Positions 57,092-64,000 of a DNA stretch of 64,000 nucleotides are shown in pieces (the first letter of the stretch is position 1; each line of letters opens with the position of its first letter). The position numbers were made by a program, and so were the translations under genes. Origin of the DNA: an uncultured delta proteobacterium (GTDB lineage Bacteria; Myxococcota_A; Polyangia; Polyangiales; Polyangiaceae); assembly GCA_963716725.1 (NCBI GenBank), contig CAVQUB010000006.1, positions 183,027-247,026 of the forward strand, given 5' to 3'. A model generated the notes under the pieces. The model was not told where the DNA came from, ran no database searches, and saw only the letters and a program-made list of their open reading frames with translations.

Positions 57092-59347
57092 TCAGCTGAG
57101 CAGGTCGGCCAAACGTTCGCGAACCAGCGCCGTCATCGCATCGCCCGCCGAGACGTCCTCGTAGCCGAAGCGGGACTTGAGACGCTCCAGCGCGGATCGC
57201 GCCTCGGCCGCGCTGGCGTCGTCGAGCCCGTCGCCGTCTTGTCGCAGGAGCACGACCAAGTCGCGAGCGAGCCGGGCCACCGCGACGCGACGCTCGACGA
57301 ACACCGAATCTTGCATGCGCTTGAGCAGCGTCGCGAAGACCCGACTGTTGTCGATGGGGTCGTCGGGGTGATCGATGGCCCAGGCCGCAACCCGGCTGAT
57401 CAGCGATTGGCGGAGATCTTCCGGCTTGTCCGGCGTGCCGAGCAGCGTCTCGACCTCGCCCATCAGCTGCGGATCGGCGTCTTCGTACTGCCCGGTCAAC
57501 GGATTGAGCAGCTTCTCGCCCTTGAGCCAGTAGTTCACGTGGGTGATGTAGCGATCGAAGAGCTCGCGGTAGCGCGTCTCGTCCACGAAGCCACTCGCAA
57601 CACGCAGCTCGTCCTCCAGGGTCTCGAGCAGGCGGTCGCGCAGTTCGACGCGAAACAACTCGTGGTCGTGATAGCCGCCCGCCACCTTGTCCTCTTGCAG
57701 CCAGGCGTACTCGCTGGTGCGCTCGCAGAGCCGGTCGAGCTCTTCGAGCACCGCGAATGGCGACAGGCAGTCGAAGCGCGGACTCTGCGCCGCGTCGAAG
57801 AGCAGCGTGCGCATCTCCCGGGGACTGGCGCCGGTGGAGCCCTCGTAGATCGGGTAGGACTCGCTCTCGTGGTACACCTCCGCGATGGCCGAGCGCAGCA
57901 GCTTGGCGCTCTCGTCGTCGAGGCGCGAAGGCGTGGTTCCAGTGGCGTAGAGATCCAACTTCTCCATCGCCGTCAGATCCCCGATCAGGTCTCGGATCGG
58001 CTTCTCGTAGCGGTCGGCCATGGGCCGGCGCATCCGGGTGAGCACGGCAAACATGGCCGCGACGGCCGTCGCGTGGGGCGCGACGTGTCTCTTCACTTGA
58101 GGGGCGATCTGCGTGTCGTAGATGCGCTGCTCGTCGACGTAGCTCCGGAGGTAGGGGACCTTGATCAGCTCGAGCCGGCCGCGAAAGCTCTCGAACTCCG
58201 GGTGCTCGCGGAACGCGGAGAGGTGAATTTCGTTGCCGCTCGCGACCATCACGCAGTTGACCTGCACGTTCTGGGAGCGCAGCGCGACTTCGCCGGTCTC
58301 GGCGGTGATCTGCAGGTACTTGAACGCGTCGAGGGGTCGCTTGAGGATGTCCGAGAACTCGAGCAGTCCGCCGGCCGCCTCGATCAGCTCACCGAAGGCC
58401 TCGAACAACGTCACCGCCTGCAACGCGGACGGCAGCGCGGAAAGCGAACGGTCTGCCGTGACTTGGCGCTCGCCTGCGTCCACCGAGAGCTGGGGTCCAA
58501 GAGTGACAGCGCCAACCCGGTAGCGCTGGCTGATGAAGTAACGCTCCACCTGCACGTGGCGCAGCACCTCTTCCAGCGAGCCCTCGTAGCTCGAGAGCAG
58601 CGCTTCGTAGACCTGCTTGCTCTTGTGCGACAGGTTCCCGCTCGAGATCCAGGTCGGAGGCGGGTCTTGGGTCCCGGACTCGCGATAGAGCCGGTCGAGC
58701 AGCGCGGTCCGCGCATCTTCGGGCAGCAGAAACAACGGGTGGTCGCGCACCTCGACGAACAGGCGCGCGTCGATCTGGTCCTCGGGCAGGTGCGCGTAGC
58801 TGCCGTCCGCCCCGGAAACCGCCGAGCGTTTGCCGCCGAAACCGATGGCGCCCTTCAGCTCGCGCTGGCTGGGAAATACCCAGTGAAAGCGGTAAAGCGC
58901 GCCGACGTCCAGCGTCGAATAGTGCTCGAGCGCGCGCATGATGCACGCCGCCGCGGTGCTCTTGGCAGAGCCGTTCGGTCCGTGCATGAGCACGATGCGA
59001 TTGGGCCGCCCCTCGCGCACGAAATTGTTGAGCGCGCGGAACAGCTCCCCTTGCAGCGCCTCCTGCCCGACCAGCGTGTCGCGCACGGGAGCTCCCTGGT
59101 CGGCAAAGGGCTGGTCGAAGAGCGCGAAGCGCGTCTCTTCCCCCCACGGACGCTCGACCGATCGCCGTCCATAGTGCTCGAACATGTCCCGCAGGTAGTA
59201 AGCCGCGTCCCGGGAGTGACGGAGCGGATCCGCAGCAAATAGCTCAAGGTACTCTTGGAACGACAGAACGCGTCGTTCTTGCTCGAAGCCCCGCTGCACC
59301 TGCCCGGCGATTTGCCGAAGCTCGTCGAGGATGCGCTTTCCGCCCAT
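57092..59347 (-). CDS. PrkA/YeaG-family AAA serine protein kinase
   Basis: GPNGSAKST, GGLLEFSDILKRP, IKVPYLR, HVAPH, GASPREM. Confidence 0.88.
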   Translation of the reverse strand: MGGKRILDELRQIAGQVQRGFEQERRVLSFQEYLELFAADPLRHSRDAAYYLRDMFEHYGRRSVERPWGEETRFALFDQPFADQGAPVRDTLVGQEALQGELFRALNNFVREGRPNRIVLMHGPNGSAKSTAAACIMRALEHYSTLDVGALYRFHWVFPSQRELKGAIGFGGKRSAVSGADGSYAHLPEDQIDARLFVEVRDHPLFLLPEDARTALLDRLYRESGTQDPPPTWISSGNLSHKSKQVYEALLSSYEGSLEEVLRHVQVERYFISQRYRVGAVTLGPQLSVDAGERQVTADRSLSALPSALQAVTLFEAFGELIEAAGGLLEFSDILKRPLDAFKYLQITAETGEVALRSQNVQVNCVMVASGNEIHLSAFREHPEFESFRGRLELIKVPYLRSYVDEQRIYDTQIAPQVKRHVAPHATAVAAMFAVLTRMRRPMADRYEKPIRDLIGDLTAMEKLDLYATGTTPSRLDDESAKLLRSAIAEVYHESESYPIYEGSTGASPREMRTLLFDAAQSPRFDCLSPFAVLEELDRLCERTSEYAWLQEDKVAGGYHDHELFRVELRDRLLETLEDELRVASGFVDETRYRELFDRYITHVNYWLKGEKLLNPLTGQYEDADPQLMGEVETLLGTPDKPEDLRQSLISRVAAWAIDHPDDPIDNSRVFATLLKRMQDSVFVERRVAVARLARDLVVLLRQDGDGLDDASAAEARSALERLKSRFGYEDVSAGDAMTALVRERLADLLS

Positions 59348-59371
59348 TGGGCGAGCCTACCAGATGCGCGC

Positions 59372-59989
59372 TTACTTCACGTCGACGTCGACCGCGAGCG
59401 CGCGTTTCTCGATCAGGCACTTGTCGTCCGTGCACACCGAGAAGTGAAACACGCCCGAAACTCGCTGCTTGCCCGCATCGGCCACCGTGAAGGCAACCGG
59501 CATGGTCACTTTCATGTTCTCGACCTTGGCCTGATCCTTCTTCACGACCGCAACCGGGTAGGTCACGCCCGGCGACTCCTGGGTCTTGAATTTGTAAGGG
59601 TACTTGTCGTTGGCGTGAAACGGCGCCTTGGCCTCGAGCACGATCTCGACCTTGCCCTCTTGTCCGGCCTTGTAGGCGCCGCTCGCGGCCATGCTGAGCG
59701 AGAAGTTCGCCTCGGAGTACGCCGCCTTCGCCGATTTCAGATCCACCGGCTCGCCTTCGCCGGCGGCCTCGTCGGCGCCTTCGGCCTTGACCGGGGCCGC
59801 TCCCGACTTGTCGCCCACCGCCACCGCCGCCGGGGTCAGCTCCGTCGCCTGATTCTGGGAGGGCGGCTTCGGCTGCTCAGCGCTCGGCGTTGCTTCCTTG
59901 CTGCAACCGAAGGCGATCAACGTCGCCGCAGCCAAGAGCAGGCTGACGCGTCCAGTGTAGGTGGAGATGGGAGAGCGCAGGTGGGTCAT
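59372..59989 (-). CDS. Lipoprotein with a DsbD-N-like Ig domain
   Basis: Lipobox AFGC; FSVCTDDKC. Confidence 0.65.
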   Translation of the reverse strand: MTHLRSPISTYTGRVSLLLAAATLIAFGCSKEATPSAEQPKPPSQNQATELTPAAVAVGDKSGAAPVKAEGADEAAGEGEPVDLKSAKAAYSEANFSLSMAASGAYKAGQEGKVEIVLEAKAPFHANDKYPYKFKTQESPGVTYPVAVVKKDQAKVENMKVTMPVAFTVADAGKQRVSGVFHFSVCTDDKCLIEKRALAVDVDVK

Positions 59990-60090
59990 GAACCCGGTGG
60001 ATACCACAGCACCCAAACCGGGGCCATACGCGGTCACGACATGCATCAGAGCTTGCTACGGTCCGAGCGCGCCAGGAGTTCCCTCGCAAC

Positions 60091-61413
60091 TCAGCGCGTC
60101 AACACGACGACGAGCAGCACGCCGACGAGCAGCGCAATCCCGCCCACCGCGAAGGCCACGATCAGCGCAAAGTTACCGATCTTGGGCACACCCATGGGGA
60201 CCAGATCGTCGGCGTAGGGCGGGGAATAGCCCCCCTGCCCCACGGGCATCGCGGGCGCCGCGCCGGGCGCCGCGCCGGGTGCAGCGCCGGGTGCAGCGCC
60301 GAGAGACTCGCTCTCGCCGAAGAAATTGTCCGCCTCGTCCCGGGCCGGGGCGACCACGACCTGCATCAGTTGAGGGAGCCGCTGGGCAATGGCTGCCGCC
60401 AGGTGCTCCTGCGGCAGGGTCGCCCAGTCTCGGTGCGTACCTTCGAGGCCGTAGGCCTGCCCCAACGCGTCCGCGAAGGCGCCAACCGAGGGGATACGCA
60501 GGCTCGGGTTCTTCTTGAACGCGTGCAGCATCACTCGATCGACGGTCGGCGGAACGGGATGAGGCTTGCCCTGCGCCGCGATGCTTGGCGCCGGCGGCTC
60601 CTTGGTCAGGATCTCGAGCAGGATGCTCGGGCCGTTGTTGCCCTTGAAGGGCACTGTCCCCACCAAGCACTCGTAGCTGATGGCCGCGAGCGCCCACACG
60701 TCCGCTCGATGATCGAGGGTCTCCAGTCCCTGCGCTTGCTCCGGCGCCATGTAGTACGGCGATCCGATGGTCGTGCCCATGACCGTGAGCTTCTTGGCGG
60801 GATCGCTCTTGTCCTTGACCGAACCAAAATCGAGGATCTTCGCGATGTCGCCCTCTCGGGTCTGGCACAAGAAGACGTTGTCCGGCTTCAAGTCGCGGTG
60901 GACCAGCTTCCGCACGTGGGCTCCGTCGAGGCCAATCGCGACCTGACTCACCATACGGATCACACGCTCGGGCGGCAGCACGTTCTCGCGCTTGAGGGTC
61001 GCGCGGAGCTCCTCTCCGTACAGGAACTCCATCACGAGCGCGTAACTGCCGTCGTGCGTGGCCTGGAAGTCCCACACGTCCACGATGTGGTCGTGGGGCA
61101 GAAGCGAGCTGATCTCGAACTCGCGACGAAACCGCTCGAGCGACACGGCGTCGGTGGCCACGTCGGGGTGCAGGATCTTCATCGCCGCGTTGCGCTTCTC
61201 GGTCATGTCGAGCGCTTCGTAGACGCGCCCCATGCCGCCATCCGCGACGATGCGCCGGATCTGGTAGCGCCCGCACATGATCTGACCCACCCGCGGATCG
61301 CCATCGGCCGCGGCAATCGGCGCCTGGGTCGCGCTGACCAACTCGTTGCCGTCGATGGGGCAGAACCCGGCGTCGTCCGGGAACAGCCGGGCGCAGCCCG
61401 GACAAGCCTTCAT
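60091..61413 (-). CDS. Hanks-type Ser/Thr protein kinase with N-terminal Zn ribbon and C-terminal TM
   Basis: GGMGRVY, AMK, HRDLKPDN, DFG, YMAPE. Confidence 0.95.
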   Translation of the reverse strand: MKACPGCARLFPDDAGFCPIDGNELVSATQAPIAAADGDPRVGQIMCGRYQIRRIVADGGMGRVYEALDMTEKRNAAMKILHPDVATDAVSLERFRREFEISSLLPHDHIVDVWDFQATHDGSYALVMEFLYGEELRATLKRENVLPPERVIRMVSQVAIGLDGAHVRKLVHRDLKPDNVFLCQTREGDIAKILDFGSVKDKSDPAKKLTVMGTTIGSPYYMAPEQAQGLETLDHRADVWALAAISYECLVGTVPFKGNNGPSILLEILTKEPPAPSIAAQGKPHPVPPTVDRVMLHAFKKNPSLRIPSVGAFADALGQAYGLEGTHRDWATLPQEHLAAAIAQRLPQLMQVVVAPARDEADNFFGESESLGAAPGAAPGAAPGAAPAMPVGQGGYSPPYADDLVPMGVPKIGNFALIVAFAVGGIALLVGVLLVVVLTR

Positions 61414-61453
61414 GACGAGTCCGCCCCCTCTCCGTCGCGCCGCGCCACGAGGC

Positions 61454-62215
61454 TCACGGTCCCGTGGACGGGCCGTCCTCCGACTCTGACGCTTCGTCGG
61501 GTTGGGCTTCGAACTTGAAGTAGAGGATTCGATTGCAGCTCGGGCACTGGGAGAAATCCTCGTTGTGCCGGATCTGTTGGTAGAGCATCGGTGGCAGACG
61601 CATATGACATTCGCTGCACGTCCCGTCGGTCGTGCAGGCGACCGCCGAGCCGCGGCGCTTGCGCACCAGCTCGTAGCGCCGATACAGGGTGGGCTGCACT
61701 TGGCCCACGAGATCCTTCCGCACGGCCTCTTTGGCGGAAGCCTCGGCCTCGAGCTCCCCGAGGCGCGTCGTCATCTCGCCTTCGGTCTCGCCGAGCTCTG
61801 CTGCGATCTTGTCGCGGTCGGTCGTGGTCGTCTCGATGCCCAGGCGCGCCTGCTCCGCCAAGCCGTTGAGCCTTTCGACTTCGATCTCGCGGTCTCGGAA
61901 GAGCTTTCGCAGCTCCTCCATCTCTCGCTGCGCGGCGTTCGCTTCCCGTTCGGTGCGACAGCGCGGCAGTTTCTCCCGCGACTTCTCGATCTGGTTGCTC
62001 ATCTGCCTGAGCTCGAGCAGCAGCTCGTTGCGCATGCGATCCATCTCTTCGACGCTCTGGCGATCGCGTACGAGCTTTCCGTCGAGCTCTTCCCGCGACT
62101 GTCGCTTGCTGGACAGGATCTCGCGTTCGCGGCCCAGGTGGTCGTGGAGCGTCTTGAGCTCCGCATCGAGTGAGGACAGACGCTCGAGCGCGTCAATTTG
62201 CGGTTGCAGTTTCAC
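61454..62215 (-). CDS. C4-type zinc-ribbon coiled-coil protein (HP0958/CT398 family)
   Basis: Long coiled coil; CSECHM...CPSCNRILY. Confidence 0.9.
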   Translation of the reverse strand: MKLQPQIDALERLSSLDAELKTLHDHLGREREILSSKRQSREELDGKLVRDRQSVEEMDRMRNELLLELRQMSNQIEKSREKLPRCRTEREANAAQREMEELRKLFRDREIEVERLNGLAEQARLGIETTTTDRDKIAAELGETEGEMTTRLGELEAEASAKEAVRKDLVGQVQPTLYRRYELVRKRRGSAVACTTDGTCSECHMRLPPMLYQQIRHNEDFSQCPSCNRILYFKFEAQPDEASESEDGPSTGP

Positions 62216-62262
62216 GGCGGGGCAGGGCTCCTTGTCACGCGAGAATCCCCCAAGGCTGGTTG

Positions 62263-62336
62263 TGGGCCCACCTGGGTTCGAACCAGGAACTGCCCGGTTA
62301 TGAGCCGGGGGCTCTGACCGATTGAGCTATGGGCCC
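62263..62336 (-). tRNA. tRNA with CAT anticodon, probably tRNA-Ile2 (lysidine)
   Basis: GGGCCCA/TGGGCCC acceptor stem, anticodon loop CTCATAA; Ile2 identity inferred from the acceptor stem. Confidence 0.88.
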
Positions 62337-62495
62337 GGCGGCTCGGCGGGACCAACGCGCACCTTCGGCCCGCAGTCTTCGGCAGGGAAGGTACGTCGGC
62401 CCATGCAAGCTCCACGCCCGGAAAGCTAGTCGAACGCGGCGGGTGGGGCAACAGCGGACGCGTGCCGGCACAACCGCTGAAATCCCTGAGAAATG

Positions 62496-63464
62496 TCACC
62501 CCTGCGCCTTCGAGCAACAGCGGAACCCGACTTGGTAGAAGCGAAACCAGCGGTTGTGGGAGCTCGTCACCGGCCGACACCGTGCCCGGATCGGACCCCA
62601 GTAACCGCCCTTCAAGCTCGACACGTCCTCGCCGGCGTCGGCCTTGGGCGCCTCATTGGTGACCCACTCGTCCACGTTGCCCGTCATGTCGTGGACGCCA
62701 AAGGGGCTGACGCACTTCGACATCGAACCGCTCGCAACGCGTTGATCGAGGCGCGCCACCTCGTCCGACACCTGGCGGTCGTGGGAGAACGCCGAGAAGT
62801 CCGGGTCGCGGTAGCGGCGATCGATGTTGCAAGCGTCGGAGTTGCGCTCGAAGCCGTAGGGATAGGGTAGCCGCGCTTCGCCTTCGCAGGCGAAGGTCCA
62901 CTCGTCTTCGGTGCAGAGCCGCTTGCCCTCCGCGAGACAGGCTCGCTCCGCTTCCACCCAGCTGGCCATGACCACCGGATAGGCGCCAACCTGGTTGGGG
63001 TATTCGTAGCGATCGATGCAGAACCGCTTGGGCACCTTGGTTCCCTCGCAGAGGATCTTCTCGTCGTAGCGACGACAGCGATCACGACTCTCCTCGATCC
63101 ACTCCACGCAGCGGTGTCCGACGTAGGGACAGTAGACGCCGTCGACCAATTGCATGTCGGGTGAACACGCCGCGCTGGGCAGAGGTGTGGCTGCCGACGG
63201 AGCCGGGGCCGCCGCGCGGCCCGCCGCGGGCTCGAACCAGCTTCGCGGCGCGAGCCCCAGGCGCGCGGGTTGACGGCGTCCGGATAGCGGACCGAGCAGG
63301 AGCAGCAGGGCACCTGCCGCCAGCAGGGCGACGGAGCCCACCGCGAGCGCGAGCAGCGGACCGCGACGCGCTCCCCGACCGACTCCATCGCGCAGGACCA
63401 CGGCCAACATCGGGACGCGAAGCCTAACCGCTCGGCTCGACGCCGCGGGGTCCACAATCCTCAC
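62496..63464 (-). CDS. FGE-sulfatase (SUMF1/EgtB/PvdO) domain protein
   Basis: FCIDRYEYPN, GKRLCTEDEW, DMTGNVDEW, GFRCC; start codon uncertain. Confidence 0.88.
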   Translation of the reverse strand: MRIVDPAASSRAVRLRVPMLAVVLRDGVGRGARRGPLLALAVGSVALLAAGALLLLLGPLSGRRQPARLGLAPRSWFEPAAGRAAAPAPSAATPLPSAACSPDMQLVDGVYCPYVGHRCVEWIEESRDRCRRYDEKILCEGTKVPKRFCIDRYEYPNQVGAYPVVMASWVEAERACLAEGKRLCTEDEWTFACEGEARLPYPYGFERNSDACNIDRRYRDPDFSAFSHDRQVSDEVARLDQRVASGSMSKCVSPFGVHDMTGNVDEWVTNEAPKADAGEDVSSLKGGYWGPIRARCRPVTSSHNRWFRFYQVGFRCCSKAQG

Positions 63465-64000
63465 TCACGGGGACCGGCCAACCTTCCGGCCCTTTTCTCT
63501 GGTCGAGCTCGTGTTTCGGAAGGGGTGGCGCCGGCAGGCTCGGGGAGATTCCGTCCTCTGCCTCAGCGCAGCAGCGGAACCCAATTTGATAGAACTGAAA
63601 CTCCGGACCGTGGGTCTTCGTCGTCAGCCGGCAGGTGTTTCGGACCGGTCCCCAATAGCCGCCGTTGAGCGTCGAGATCTGCGCCCCGCCTTCGTCTGAA
63701 TTGTCGGTCCACTCGTCGACGTTGCCGACCATGTCGAAGGCGCCGAAAGCGCTCACGCACTCCGGATGGCTGCCGATGGGGTCCGCCTGCCACAACCTCG
63801 CGAGCTCCGCCGCTCGGGTCGCCGGCGACACCAGCTTCTTCGCATCGGCCTCCGCGACGGGCCGTCCCACGTTGCAGGGGCTCGGGGAGCGCTCCCAACC
63901 GTAGGGGTACGGCGCCCGCTTCGGCCCTTCGCAGGCGAGCGTCCACTCGCTGCGCTTGCAGAGGCGCTTGCCCGCGCTCTCGCAGGACTTCTTGGCGTCG
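63424..64000 (-). CDS. Second FGE-sulfatase domain protein, 5'-partial
   Basis: GKRLCKRSEWTLACEG, DMVGNVDEW, GFRCC. Confidence 0.88.
   Translation of the reverse strand, partial: DAKKSCESAGKRLCKRSEWTLACEGPKRAPYPYGWERSPSPCNVGRPVAEADAKKLVSPATRAAELARLWQADPIGSHPECVSAFGAFDMVGNVDEWTDNSDEGGAQISTLNGGYWGPVRNTCRLTTKTHGPEFQFYQIGFRCCAEAEDGISPSLPAPPLPKHELDQRKGPEGWPVPVSEDCGPRGVEPSG

Overview
This is high-GC DNA that looks myxobacterial (Polyangiales-like): MYXO-CTERM protein, Ser/Thr kinase, PrkA, tandem FGE-sulfatase genes and Gly/Ser-linker lipoproteins. The housekeeping backbone includes hflX, nadB, etfBA, tnaA, selD, tatD, a C4 zinc-ribbon gene and four tRNA genes. Three accessory blocks stand out. 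(1) An ~8.8 kb integrase-less island (15696-24625) is bounded by an exact 82-bp direct repeat containing the whole tRNA-Pro(CGG). It carries a translationally coupled operon of winged-helix protein, P-loop ATPase and Cas4/AddB-like Fe-S nuclease-FtsK fusion, followed by a Uma2 nuclease and a WYL regulator pair. This is my best candidate for an uncharacterised anti-phage or DNA-processing system. (2) A heme-copper oxidoreductase cluster (26.3-38.7 kb) has an eNOR-type active site (HPSQQ, no cross-link Tyr), a degenerate second subunit I and a cytochrome b-ferredoxin-MvhD fusion. (3) A decayed defence locus sits 3' of tRNA-Met, where a helicase N-terminus appears fused to a methylase C-terminus (deletion scar) ahead of yhcG. 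Also present: selenocysteine-recoded selD, a hydrazine-synthase-alpha-like heme lipoprotein, apparently inactive patatin and PrsW genes, and several operator-like palindromes. All calls come from motif reading only; no database searches were run.
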